From Mytilus trossulus (lineage: Eukaryota): 64,000 bases of DNA. The stretch lies in contig NC_086384.1 of NCBI RefSeq assembly GCF_036588685.1, positions 10,230,001-10,294,000 of the forward strand. The letters run 5' to 3'. The notes beneath the pieces were generated by a model that was given only the letters and a program-made list of their open reading frames with translations, did not search any database and was not told the origin of the DNA. The translations under genes and the position numbers were made by a program. Positions 50,240 through 63,579 of the stretch are shown here, piece after piece. Each line of letters opens with the position of its first letter. Positions within the stretch are counted from its first letter, which is position 1.

Positions 50240-51130
50240 AAAAGAGGGACGAAAGATACCAAAGGGACAGTCAAACTCATAAATCTAAAACAAACTGACA
50301 ACGCCAAGGCTAAAAACAGTAAAACAATAGTACACACGACATCATAGAAAACTAAAGAATAAACAACACGAACCCCACCAAAAACTAGGGGTGATCTCAG
50401 GTGCTCCGGAAGGGTAAGCAGATCCTGCTACACATGTGGCACCCGTCGTGTTGCTTATGTGATTACAAATAGTCTAATTCGGTAGGTCACATTCATGAAA
50501 GGGAAGGGGATTGTAGTTACGACATAAGGAACATATCCGATATCATTTGTGAAACGGTTATTCCATAACAGTCAACCAACTCGTGATGGCGTCCGTAAAA
50601 TTTACGAAGGGATGATTTCAACGTCACCATTTGGAACTCTTGGTTTAATAGCTTCCTTGTGAGCAGTAACCCTCTATCAAGAAAACCATGATAGGAAATG
50701 CAAGCACGGGAATATCGTATCAACTGGGAGATATATACCCCGTATGCAGGTGCTGCTGGAATGTTGCTACTTAGAAATGGAAAGTTCACAATTGGAAAGC
50801 TGAAATCATCTCTTTTGTCGTAAAGTTTTGTTTTCAACCGACCCTCATTGTCAATATCTAGATGTAAGTCAAGATATGAAGCCGACTTAACTGTATCTGT
50901 AGTATCCTTTATCTCCAATTCGATGGGATATATGCGTTCCACATAGTCACCAAATTTTGAATTGTTAAGTGAAAGAACGTCATCTATATAGCGGAAAGTA
51001 GAGTTAAAGGATAGTGCTAACTTCTTATCTTTCTTCCTAAGAAGTTTCTGCATGAAGTCAGCCTCATAATAATAAAGAAACAAGTAGAGGGGCACAGTTT
51101 GTTCCCATTGGGATGCCGACAGTCTGTTGA
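50240..51130 (-). mobile_element. Penelope-like retroelement fragment: RT C-terminal half (FRYIDD) plus 3' UTR
   Basis: FRYIDDVL, SASYLDL, KLYDKRDDF, AYGVYISQLIRYSRAC. The ORF stops at 50517 with no GIY-YIG. The UTR matches dispersed repeats at ~10490-10730, 20310, 21140 and 38250. Confidence 0.88.
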
Positions 51131-51269
51131 AATGGTGAAAACAGATCGAACACGTACTTAAAGGCACTCACCGTAAAAAAGGGACAAGGGAACATAACCG
51201 TTCAAAAGGGGGACATTAAAAATCAGAAACAAAAATCGTCTCTTTTGTTTTAAATATTTTATTTTTTAT

Positions 51270-52752
51270 TTTTTTTAGCTCTCTTGGCGTCCGTCGTTCG
51301 TCGTCGTCTGTTAACTTTTTCAAAAATCTTCTCCTCTGAAACTACTGGGCCAAATTTAACTAAACTTGACCACAATCATCAAGTTTTAAAAAATGTGTCC
51401 GGCGACCCTGCCAGCCAACCAAGATGGCCGGCATGGCTAAAAATAGAACATAATAGGGTTGAAAAGTCGATTGCGGCTTACAACTCTGAAACCAAAGCAT
51501 TAAGAGCAAATCTGACAGGGGGTAAAATTGATTACCAAATCAAGATCTATCTGCTCAAATATTTTTAGATGAATCGGATAACCGGTTGTTGGGTTGCTAC
51601 CCGTGAATTGTTAATTTTGAGAAAATTTTGCTGTGTTTGGTTATTATCTTGAATATTATTAAAGATAGAGATAAACTGTAAACAGAAACAATCTACAGCA
51701 AATGCAGATCTACAAATAAGTGGATATGACCAAAATTGGCAGTTTATCCCTTAAGGAGTTATTGCCCTTTATAGACAATTTTACCAATTTTACCATTTTT
51801 TCTTAATTTTTTGGTAATCTTTTACAAAACTTTTCTCCTCTGAAACTACTGGACCAAATTTAACCAAACTTGTCCACAATCGTCGTAAGAGTATCTAGAT
51901 TAAAAATTGTGTCTGGTGACCTTGCCAGCGAACCATTATGGCCGCCATGGCTAAAAATAGAACATAGAGATAAAATGTAGATTTTGGCTTATAACTCTGA
52001 AACCAAAGCTACTGACAGGGTTAAAATTGTTTATCAAGTCAAGATCTAACTGCCCTGAAATTTTCAGATAAATTGGACAACCGGTTGTTGGATTGATACC
52101 CGCGAATTGATAATTTTAAGGAAATTTGGGTGTTTTTGATTATTATCTTGAATATTACAATGTATCATAGATAAAGAAAAATTGTAAACAGCAATGATGT
52201 TCAGCAAAGTAAGATCTACAAATAAGTCAATATGACCAAATGGTCAACTGGCCCCTTAATGAGTTATGCCCTTTATAGTCAATTTTATCAATTTATCTTA
52301 CATTTTATCTTATACAAAAATCTTCTCATCTGAAACTATTTAGACAATTGTAACCAAACTTGTCCCATCCATCATAAGAGTATCTAGTTTAAAAAATGTG
52401 TCTGATGACCCTGTCCGCAAACTAAGATGGTTGACATGGCTAAAAATAGTACGATGGGTAAAATGCAGTTTATGGTTTATATCTATGAAACTCACGCAAT
52501 ATGGAGCAAATTTGACTAGTGGCAAACATGTTCATCAGATTCAGATATGTACGCCCTGAAATTTTCTGACAACCAGTTGTTGGGTTGCTGCTACTGAGTT
52601 AGTAATTTTACAGGAATGTTGGAGTTTTTGCTATTATTATAGTATCACATAATATCTTATACTATAGATGATGGTTTTAACCTTATTATACATGATTTCA
52701 AAAGCGTCAGTAAATGCAGGTGAGCGACACAGACTCTTTAGAGTCTCAAGTT
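51270..52752 (+). mobile_element. HINE-type element with three ~500-bp internal core repeats
   Basis: TTTTAGCTC start, CGTC microsatellite, cores starting ~51325, ~51830 and ~52318; ends CAGGTGAGCGACAC AGACTCTTTAGAGTCT CAAGTT. Confidence 0.82.
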
Positions 52753-53193
52753 TAGATTTTCCGTATGAAACTGAAATATCCAATCTAGAAATTGACTTTT
52801 TTTCTACCAAAATTTATTTAATGAAAGTTCATTTTAGTAGATTTGGAATGAAAACATAAATCAAAGTAATACTCACAATATCAGTTGTTGTTTGAAAATG
52901 AATCAGAACACAACCACTATACCATGAATTGTCGATTTTGTATAGTTCTCCAAATCTCAGGGGTAGTAAAATAAATTGATACTGGGTCCACTTAAATAAC
53001 TTTCATCATTAAATTATGGACATTTTATATCTGTCAGTAAATTATTTATACGTGTATTCAAATTTAATAGGAATAGAATAACAAATGATTCAAGAGTCCT
53101 GCTGAATATTTCAGTGAAAATGTATTCTGTGTAATATTCAATTATTATTCACCATCCCTGCAAGCTACAGTTATATGCAGAACCTGTATCTTA

Positions 53194-53739
53194 TTACTGC
53201 ACATTTCAGTCAGTATGTAGCTAATGGTAATATCTTTGGTTAGCTTGCTTGTTAGCTGAACCGTGAAGTCATTGTTAGATAAGGTAAACTTCCCTCCTTT
53301 AATAATAGACTAGCCCAACAGATAAAAAATCTATCTCTCTGTAGGACTAAAATTGAGAATGGAAATGGGGAATGTGTCAAAGAGACAACAACCCGACCAA
53401 AATAAAAAAAAACCACAACAGCAGAAGGTCACCAACAGGTCTTCAATGTAGCGAGAAATTCCCGCACCCGGAGGCGTCCTTCAGCTGGCCCCTAAACAAA
53501 TATATACTAGTTCAGTAATAATGAACGCCATACTAATTTCCAAATTGTACACAAGAAACCAAAATTTAAATAATACAAGACTAACAAAGGCCAGAGGCTC
53601 CTGACTTGGGACAGGCGCAAAAAGCTACTTTAAAAGGAGGGAAGTTTACCTTACCTAACAATGACTTCACAGTTCAGCTAACAGGGAAGCTAACCAAAGA
53701 AATTACCATTAGCTACATACTGACTGACATGTGCTGTAA
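53194..53739. mobile_element. Fold-back element with ~107-bp inverted arms enclosing a dispersed repeat (53348-53622)
   Basis: 53194-53300 is the reverse complement of ~53633-53739 with scattered mismatches. Confidence 0.8.
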
Positions 53740-54293
53740 CAATAAAATTCTTTGAAATATATTGGATTTGTTTGTATTGTCCCTGTAAAGAATGTTAAAA
53801 TAATATGACAATTGACAAAATGAAACTATTTTTTTATCGGTAGTGAGTGATAAAACAAAAGTTGGATTATCTAACTTTTAATACAGTAGAAAATGCAATT
53901 ATTATATTAAGTTCTATTAATTTGTATTTACTTTAACGTCCATGTGCAGAATTATCATGTTCACCAATCTAACTCAAATTCTGATATTTGATACACAAAT
54001 ACTTAAATGTATATCCAGATTATAAAAAGTCTCTAATAAATAGTCTCCAATACGTGTGCTCGATACTACATGTTTGTATAGCACTTCGAGTGCATTTCAG
54101 TATAGACGCCATCGTATTACCTATTAAGGGGACATCCGAAGATTGCCGAAGGTAATATAACCTGATATAAACAAAATTATCTTCTAGACTGGTTCCCTTT
54201 TTGGCTCTTGAGATACCCGTATGTTGCAAGGGAGAGAACATGCCTACATATCTTTGTGCATATACATGGTTGACATATGAACAAACATTCATC

Positions 54294-55317
54294 TTATTTC
54301 AAAAATACATAGCTATCCAATAAACTCCATGCTTCATAATATATATACATGGAAGTAAAACCCTGTCTTTTAATAAGCTTCCAGTCTCTAAGTAAGGCGT
54401 ATGTAGGTTCGTAACCAGGAGAGGATAAAATATAAGGTAATACATTCGTGGGCCATTTACAGGTAAGAAACCCAGAATGATGTCTCATTTCTATATTTAA
54501 AGCTGCTGCCACTATTCCCAAATAACTATCCTCTATAGGAATAACCTTCACATATAAAACTCCAATTGATAACATTTTTACGGTTTTCATATTTGTCAAA
54601 ATTGTTCCTCCAATTATATGTGATGGTAAATAAGCGAACGGATATTCCGCAGGTGAAAGGTAAACTTTAGAATTATTATCTCGCTGTGGTCTCGGAAAAT
54701 TGACTTTGTGTCCAATCATTACTAAATCTGATTGTGCAATCTGGGAAGAAGCGATATCATAAACATTCATTATGTTAACTAACCTATCATCATCTACGAA
54801 ATGTATAAATTCTGGTTCAATATTAAGGTCCAATAACCATAACATGGAATAAATAGTCTTATAAACAAGATTATCGTATGTATCAGCAATATTGAGCTGA
54901 ACAATATCATTATACTGTTTTAATTCTTCCTCAATGAATGGAGTTTCAATGTCTGTGTAGCCAATTATGAAAACTATTTTTGTACGTAGTTGTTTTACAT
55001 TTCCCCAAGTCTTACGTATGACATATCGTTGACCAAAGTTCATCACATGTGATTTCACGACAAGCATCATTTGTAGAGAATCGCAAGCTTTGTTATCACA
55101 GAAATGTTTTGAAGGGTCTATGTTATAAGCATTGTCCTTGACGATGGAATTGAAGGGCCTCACGTTTGTATTTCCTGTCCTTCGAATGTCGTTCATTATC
55201 TCCCTTGAATTAGGCATAAGAAAATCCATTTCCATATGAGTCTCATTCATGCAAAGCATTGAAAATATCCACAAATAGGAAAAAAATCCACACAAAAGTA
55301 CTAGTATAGTGAGGAAT
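54294..55317 (-). CDS. GT31 beta-1,3-galactosyltransferase / brainiac-like glycosyltransferase (main exon; start codon probably in an upstream exon)
   Basis: Type II TM anchor; RYVIRKTWG, YNDIVQ, DTYDNLVYK, FVDDD, IGGT, EDSYLG. Acceptor TTTTTTCCAG at 55318-55327; no in-frame ATG before the TM. Confidence 0.88.
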
Positions 55318-56125
55318 CTGGAAAAAAATAACAAGCATGTTTTAGATTAGATGATCACAAAAGTCGAATACTGGAGTGTTTATGTACATGTAGGACCAAT
55401 TATAATAAGCTCATTTTTTGCCTCCCAAAAGACAGAATCGATTTTAAAAACTTATATAAAAGGTTAACAAGCCAAACCAAATTTATATGGAAAAGGGCCT
55501 CAGATACATGTATAACCGTGGATTTTAATTTACTATCAAATGTCATGTTCAGTGATGTGGTTTCTCGTTTTTTTTCAAATAGTTTCACATGGTTTTCCTG
55601 TTTGAATGGTTTTATACAATATAAAAAAAGAAGATATGGTATGATTGCCAATGATACAACTGTCCACAAGAGACAAAAATGACACAGACATTAACAACTA
55701 TAGGTCACCGTACGGCCTTCAACAATTAGCAAAGCCCATACCACATACAAATGTAGTCAGCTATAAAAGGCCCTGATAAGACAATGTAAAACAATTCAAA
55801 CGAGAAAACTAACGGCCTTATTTATATAAAAAAAATTAACGAAATATCTAACACATAAACAAACGACAACCACAGAATTACTTTATTGTTGTTTAAACCC
55901 ATTTATTTTGCTAAATGGCAATTAAGTGCAATGTAGCGCATATACCTATTGTATAGGTAATATTTCTCCGAAACTAATACTTACATGGTACAAATACATT
56001 TTCTGAGTGGTGCTGTCTTTATCTTTATCATGCTTTTCGTGTTTTGCTGAAAATAAAAAATAAAACATTCTACAAAGAAATCCATATAAATAGTGTTCTG
56101 TCTGATGATATCAGGAATATTACTT

Positions 56126-58230
56126 TCCAATGATGTACGGATCGAAGCCACCCGAATATCAAAATCCAATGATGTACATGGATCTTAGCCACCCGAATAT
56201 CAAAATCCAATGATGTACATGGATCTTAGCCACCCGAATATCAAAATCCAATGATGTACCGATCGAAACCACCCGAATATCAAAATCCAATGATGTACAT
56301 GGACCGAAGCCTACCGAATATCAAAATCCAATGATGTACATGGACCAAAGCCACCCGAATATCCAAATCCAATGATGTACATGGACCGAAGCCACCCGAA
56401 TATCAAAATCCAATGATGTACCTGGACCGAAGCCGTCGAAGAGCTATATGACCAAAACAAAAAGGATCTGAATTATCAACCAAATCCAACTAGTTAACTC
56501 CTTATACGACCTTGAACGATGGCTGTCAAATAATACAAGGAAAACAGAGTAAGCAGTATTGTATCAAGCAAGTTTTTCCCATGTCCGGCCATCCACCAGA
56601 ATTCTCCCATATCTATATATATTCGAGTAACCTCCTAGAGCCCGAAATCAAATGATGTACATGGACCGAAGTCACCCGAATATCAAAATCCAATGATGTA
56701 CATGTACATGGACCGAAGCCACCCGAATATCAAAATCCAATGATGTACATGGACCGAAGCCATCCGATTATCAAATTCCAATGATGTACGGATCGAAGCC
56801 ACCCAATTATCAAAATCCAATGATGAACATGGACCAAAGCCACCCGAATATTAAAATCCAATGATGTACGGATCGAAGCCACCCGAATATCAAAATTCAA
56901 TGATGTACATGGACCGAAGCCTTCCGAATATCAAAATCCAATGATGTACATGGACCGAAGACAGCCGAATATCAAAATCCAATGATGTACGGATCGAAGC
57001 CACCCGAATATCAAAATCCAATGATGTACATGAACCAAAGCTACCCGAATATCAAAATCCAATGATGTACATGGACCGAAGCCACCCGAATATTAAAATC
57101 CAATGATGTACACGGACCGAGGCCACCCGAATATCCAAATCCAATGATGTACATAGACCGAAGCCACCCGAATATCAAAATTCAATGATGTACATGGACC
57201 GAAGCCACCCGAATATCAAAATCCAATGATGTACATGGACCGAAGCCGTCGAAGAGCTATATGACCAAAACAAAAAGGATCTGAATTATCAACCAAATCC
57301 AACTAGTTAACTCCTTGTACGACCTTGAACGATGGCTGTCAAATAATACAAGGAAAACAGAGTAAGCAGTATTGTATCAAGCAAGTTTTTCCCATGTCCG
57401 GCCATCCACCAGAATTCTCCCATATCTATATATATTCGAGTAACCTCCTAGAGCCCGAAATCAAATGATGTACATGGACCGAAGTCACCCGAATATCAAA
57501 ATCCAATGATGTACATGTACATGGACCGAAGCCACCCGAATATCAAAATCCAATGATGTACATGGACCGAAGCCATCCGATTATCAAATTCCAATGATGT
57601 ACGGATCGAAGCCACCCAAATATCAAAATCCAATGATGAACATGGACCAAAGCCACCCGAATATTAAAATCCAATGATGTACGGATCGAAGCCACCCGAA
57701 TATCAAAATTCAATGATGTACATGGACCGAAGCCTTCCGAATATCAAAATCCAATGATGTACATGGACCGAAGACAGCCGAATATCAAAATCCAATGATG
57801 TACGGATCGAAGCCACCCGAATATCAAAATCCAATGATGTACATGAACCAAAGCTACCCGAATATCAAAATCCAATGATGTACATGGACCGAAGCCACCC
57901 GAATATTAAAATCCAATGATGTACACGGACCGAGGCCACCCGAATATCCAAATCCAATGATGTACATGGACCGAAGCCACCCGAATATCAAAATCCAATG
58001 ATGTACATGGACCGAAGCCGTCGAAGAGCTATATGACCAAAACAAAAAGGATCTGAATTATCAACCAAATCCAACTAGTTAACTCCTTATACGACCTTGA
58101 ACGATGGCTGTCAAATAATACAAGGAAAACAGAGTAAGCAGTATTGTATCAAGCAAGTTTTTCCCATGTCCGGCCATCCACCAGAATTCTCCCATATCTA
58201 TATATATTCGAGTAACCTCCTAGAGCCCGA
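56126..58230. repeat. Composite higher-order tandem repeat: 41-bp units plus a ~210-bp block repeated 3 times
   Basis: Unit TCCAATGATGTACATGGACCGAAGCCACCCGAATATCAAAA; blocks start at 56435, 57248 and 58020 (periods 813 and 772). Confidence 0.95.
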
Positions 58231-58257
58231 ATCATTCGATTAATGCGATTCAAAATC

Positions 58258-59293
58258 TCAATCTAATTAAAATGGGCAGAGGACGTTTGCGCTTTTTTTA
58301 CCTGTAAAACGATAGGACATTTGCGCTTCAAATACTATGGACATTTGCGCTTTGAATTTTGAGTCACCTGTATTAATTTGACCGGACATTTGCGCTTTTT
58401 ATCTATAATAGTCGTCTACCTGTAATTTTAATGAGAAGTAATCATCACGTAAACAAATTTAACTTATATTTGTTATTAGTACAAAATATTAAATGGGTCA
58501 GAAACCTTCAATGCCTACAATATTGAACAGTTATATTCGACTCATCCTGCTATATTTATTTTTTTTATCTGTAAGAAGAGTATCATTGACAATCAGTCGG
58601 TGAATTACATTAAGATTCGTTATATTGATGAACAGCACCCCAGTAAAAAATTGAGGAAGAGAAACTTGGTTATTTATTTGAAATGAGGGCGAAATACCAG
58701 TCTGAACAGATAACAATAGCTAAATTTGTTCACTCCTTGGGGTTCAGTTATTAAGCTAAACTGACATTTGATGACTTTACCTGTTTTGTTATGTCTTTAG
58801 AATGTTCACTGTTAGCTTTATATAAACTTTAAAACATATATAAATGTGCTATGAAACTATTTTTTTAAAAACTTTTTATCATAAAGAACAATATGACTTT
58901 AACTCTTCAAGATCAAACATGTCGGTCCCAAGCCGGGATAAAAGGGGAGGGTAGTCATAACAATCAAATATTGCAAAAGCGCAAATGTCCTATGATTTAA
59001 AGCGCAAGTGTCCAAAATAAAAAGCGCAAATGTCCTATGAAAAAGCCCAAACGTCCCGCGCCGAACAAAATATGAGCATATGTAGTACAGTGAAACCTGA
59101 CTAACCCGAATCCTGCATAAACCGAAAACCCTGTATAAACCAAACATGTTCTTAAGCACCGCCATATCAAATTGTATGCGATGTGAACCTGATATAATCG
59201 AACATAGGCCAAAACCTTAAGTCCCGAAGAGGTTCGGTTTAAACTTGTTTCACTGTAAAAAGGAATTAGAGATCAATATTCTAATTAGATTGA
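58258..59293. mobile_element. Non-autonomous DNA transposon with TIR and subterminal repeats
   Basis: TCAATCTAATTAAAAT / ATTCTAATTAGATTGA; GGACATTTGCGCTT x4 on the left, AAGCGCAAATGTCC x3 on the right. Confidence 0.7.
59088..59255. mobile_element. Tc1/mariner-type MITE, TA TSD, nested in the element at 58258-59293
   Basis: TA|CAGTGAAAC ... GTTTCACTG|TA. Confidence 0.8.
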
Positions 59294-60340
59294 AGAAATC
59301 TGAGTTGTCTTATAAAATTAACCTGTCACGTAAGAATCTGTTCATTCAAAAATGTTGCGATAAGTTTATTATTTCAAAAAATATCATTGTATAATTGGTA
59401 TGAAAAATAAACAAAATTGTAAAACGGTTCATGTATAAATGTATCTTACAAATTAACAAAAAAAGTGCGGATATTTTTTTTATCAAGATCTAGATGAAAA
59501 GATAGGCATTTACCTGCTATGTCAAAACAAGAACCTGTGGTATGGATCCCAATATGAAAACTATCTTTAAGTTACAAACTAGATATGGATGTTTCAATTT
59601 TAATTTCAAGTGCGTAAACAAGAAATGACAAACATTTTTATAGTTTAAAATATGTTAAAGAAGGGGAACACGTTACCTAACTTTCTTGTTTAATTTTGTA
59701 ATTAACTTTGAAAACTAAACATCGAACATCGAATCAACAAAAAATTCTATGGACGGGCCATTTACTAATCTAGACTGGGCCTTGAGAATGAAAATGCTAC
59801 TCGAAACGGACAAAATATATGGCATAAAATATCCGAAAGTGGTCATGATATGACACAACTTAAGCAGCATATCGCCGCGATGCAGTTTGTAGGGTTCAGT
59901 GGATAATTTTTTTGGGGGGATACTAATAGACCAAGAGTAACAGCATGTTACCATACAGCTTCAGGAATCTGTAGTTTTCTGTCCAACAGATGGTTGAAAC
60001 AAATGAGTTTCGTCTTTCAGTTTTCACATGCATGAAACGTCATATCTATAGTTTTCTATACTACATGTGTAAATAACTCATCAAACATCTCATTATATTT
60101 TTTTTATATTTTTCGGCTCAGCCTGTCGGGTTTTCACAAAGCAGAGTCAAAATGTATATGTTCTAGTTCTAAATGTGTATTATACTTGCCACTGGACGTA
60201 AATGTGTGAAGTGCTATTTTGAAATAGTTATTTATTTCACATGTGACGACCGAAATGATCCAATTGTCGTCCATCTTTCCCAAATCATCCTTTGATATCT
60301 TCCGCCTCTGAACCCTAAACAGTCGGGGCAAGTATCAGAA

Positions 60341-61880
60341 TTGGGTTGTTATCAGGATTGGGATTCTGACTGTTATCGGGTTTGTCGGATGCTGGGTTGT
60401 TATTAGGATTGGGATTCTGACTGTTATCGGGTTTGTCGGATGCTGGGTTGTTATTAGGATTGGAATTCTGACTGTTATCGGGTTTGTCGGATGCTGGGTT
60501 GTTATCAGGATTGGGATTCTGACTGTTATCGGGTTTGTCGGATGCTGGGTTGTTATTGGGATTGGGATTCTGACTGTTATCGGGGTTGTCGGATGATGGG
60601 TTGTTATTAGGATTGGGATTCTGACTGTTATCGGGGTTGTCGGATGCTGGGTTGTTATTAGGATTGGGATTCTGACTGTTATCGGGTTTGTCGGATGCTG
60701 GGTTGTTATTGGGATTGGGATTCTGACTGTAATCGGGGTTGTCGGATGCTGGGTTGTTATTAGGATTGGGATTCTGACTGTTATCGGGTTTGTCGGATGC
60801 TGGGTTGTTATTGGGATTGGGATTCTGACTGTTATCGGGGTTGTCGGATGATGGGTTGTTATTAGGATTGGGATTCTGACTGTTATCGGGTTTGTCGGAT
60901 GCTGGGTTGTTATTAGGATTGGGATTCTGACTGTAATCGGGGTTGTCGGATGCTGGGTTGTTATTAGGATTGGGATTCTGACTGTTATCGGGTTTGTCGG
61001 ATGCTGGGTTGTTATTAGGATTGGGATTCTGACTGTTATCGGGGTTGTCGGATGCTGGGTTGTTATCAGGATTGGGATTCTGACTGTTATCGGGTTTGTC
61101 GGATGCTGGGTTGTTATTGGGATTGGGATTCTGACTGTTATCGGGTTTGTCGGATGCTGGGTTGTTATTAGGATTGGGATTCTGACTGTTATCGGGGTTG
61201 TCGGATGCTGGGTTGTTATTAGGATTGGGATTCTGACTGTTATCGGGTTTGACGGATGCTGGGATGTTATTAGGATTGGGATTCTGACTGTTATCGGGTT
61301 TGTCGGATGCTGGGTTGTTATTGGGATTGGGATTCTGACTGTTATCGGGGTTGTCGGATGATGGGTTGTTATTAGGATTGGGATTCTGACTGTTATCGGG
61401 TTTGTCGGATGATGGATTGTTATTAGGATTGGGATTCTGACTGTTATCGGGTTTGTCGGATGCTGGGTTGTTATTAGGATTGGGATTCTGACTGTTATCG
61501 GGTTTGTCGGATGATGGGTTGTTATTAGGATTGGGATTCTGACTGTTATCGGGTTTGTCGGATGCTGGGTTGTTATTAGGATTGGGATTCTGACTGTAAT
61601 CGGGGTTGTCGGATGCTGGGTTGTTATTAGGATTGGGATTCTGACTGTTATCGGGTTTGTCGGATGCTGGGTTGTTATTAGGATTGGGATTCTGACTGTA
61701 ATCGGGGTTGTCGGATGCTGGGTTGTTATTAGGATTGGGATTCTGACTGTAATCGGGGTTGTCGGATGCTTGGTTGTTATTAGGATTGGGATTCTGACTG
61801 TTATCGGGTTTGTCGGATGCTGGGTTGTTATTAGGATTGGGATTCTGACTGTTATCGGGTTTGTCGGATGCTGGGTTGTA
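60341..61880. repeat. 51-bp minisatellite (~30 copies)
   Basis: Unit GGGTTGTTATTAGGATTGGGATTCTGACTGTTATCGGGTTTGTCGGATGCT; several frames are open. Confidence 0.97.
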
Positions 61881-63044
61881 TTGACTGTCGTTTGTCTGTT
61901 ATGGTTGGACTTAACCAACAGCACACCTTACGGACTTATGAGTATGGGTAAGGGCCTGAAAACAATTAAAACAAACACAGTGACTTTGGTTGTAGAACTT
62001 GTATCTTCGAAAGGGCATTCGATAATCCATATAACAACAATATAATAGTTTATGATAATTCAAATAATAGAAACATTTAATCTATATAGTTTTCAAATAT
62101 AAATGATCAAATAATATCTATAGTATACAAACTTTATGTAAATACATGGTCATATGCATTTAAACTGACGAACACGTATGCTTGTAATATTTCTTATGAA
62201 TAAAAGCTTATTTAGCATTCAAATATATGAGTATAATGCGAGACCGTCTATTTGATCCTAACAGAGCATAAAGCACGAGGAAATGGAAATGAAACTTAAC
62301 GAAGTTTCATGATGCAATTAAATAAAATAATAAATTAAAATACTTGACTTACCTGAAAACAGTTAAAACAAACACAGTGAATTTGGATGTAAATCTTATA
62401 ATCTTCTAAAGCGCATGAGACCAAAATTCACTTGTTCGTATGCGTTACTGTTTCATGTTCGTCCAATTAGATTCGTTAAACAATCAAGCTGTTTAGTTAC
62501 CCTGATCTTTTGGGGTGAATGAGGCGTGGAAATGTCTTTGGACAAAGAACCCTAATTGACTTGATTGTATTTACCGGACAATAGAATTAGTAAAAAAAAA
62601 CATGTCTAATTAGCTTGTCGCTAAAAATCTTAATTGATAAAAATAATGTCTATAACAAAGAGAAAATTTAAAGTGACAAATGCCAAAATAAGTCTCGGTT
62701 AATATATAGAAAGGTATATAATATGAAACTTAGAGAATGAATGAACTTTATTCTCACAAAACTACATGTCATAGTTACAGAGAAAATATATATTTACAAT
62801 TACATATATGTATATATAAGCATGGGGCTTGCTATGTGTGCTAAATATCTGTTAGACTTGAAATTCATATCTTAAATATATCGAGAACATAAAAATGATT
62901 TCCTTCAACAATAATGAACGAATATAAAACAAAAAGTCTTTTAATTAATACTGCAGCTTCGAAATGGACTTTAAATAACTAAAATATATTAAACTTATGC
63001 CTTTTTGCTGAAAACTAAATTTTCACCAAAATATAAAAATGAGG

Positions 63045-63105
63045 TCTACTGGATTGCCGGTTTTATGTATTTTAGGCAACATATAGAATCGTTCGGCCTT
63101 TTTCC
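63045..63105 (-). mobile_element. Tiny Penelope-like RT N-terminal remnant
   Basis: Translates RFYMLPKIHKTGNP, matching the FYxLPKIHKxxxP motif of PLE RTs. Confidence 0.5.
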
Positions 63106-63447
63106 GGTAAATTTTGAAAATATATGTAAATATTTTATAAGAGGTGAGACTCAAATAGAATATTGTCTTGTCTTGTCTTGTCTTATCTTTATGTCTTCGA
63201 GGCTGACAATTAGCTGGAGGCCATTTTCGAGACAACGTTTGGAAATTGTTCTATAAACTTCATTCTCAATTTTAACTTTCTTTAATTTGTTTTACTTAAT
63301 AAGTTTATTCTTCTGTCATTTTATTTTATAATTTATTGATAAATATATTCTCTTGAACTTCTGTGCATTTTCCCATTATCCAACAAAACTTTATTTGTAA
63401 TTTATTAATAAATGTTATCTTTAGATATCACGCATTTTTGCATCATT

Positions 63448-63566
63448 ATATTTGGCACAACTTTTTTGAGTTTTGGGTCATCAATGCTCTTAAACTTTGT
63501 AATTGTTTTGCTTTTTAATTATTTTGATCTGAGTGTGACTGATGAGTCTTATGAAGACAAAACGAG
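63448..63566 (+). mobile_element. Partial retrozyme-like copy, degenerate hammerhead
   Basis: TTTGGCACAACTTTT...CTGATGAGTCTTATGAAGACAAAACG. Confidence 0.7.
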
Positions 63567-63579
63567 GGTCTAGTCTAAT

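Noticed and set aside
56126-58230. CRISPR-like repeat/spacer pattern
   Set aside because: The intervening blocks are near-identical to each other and the units are contiguous.
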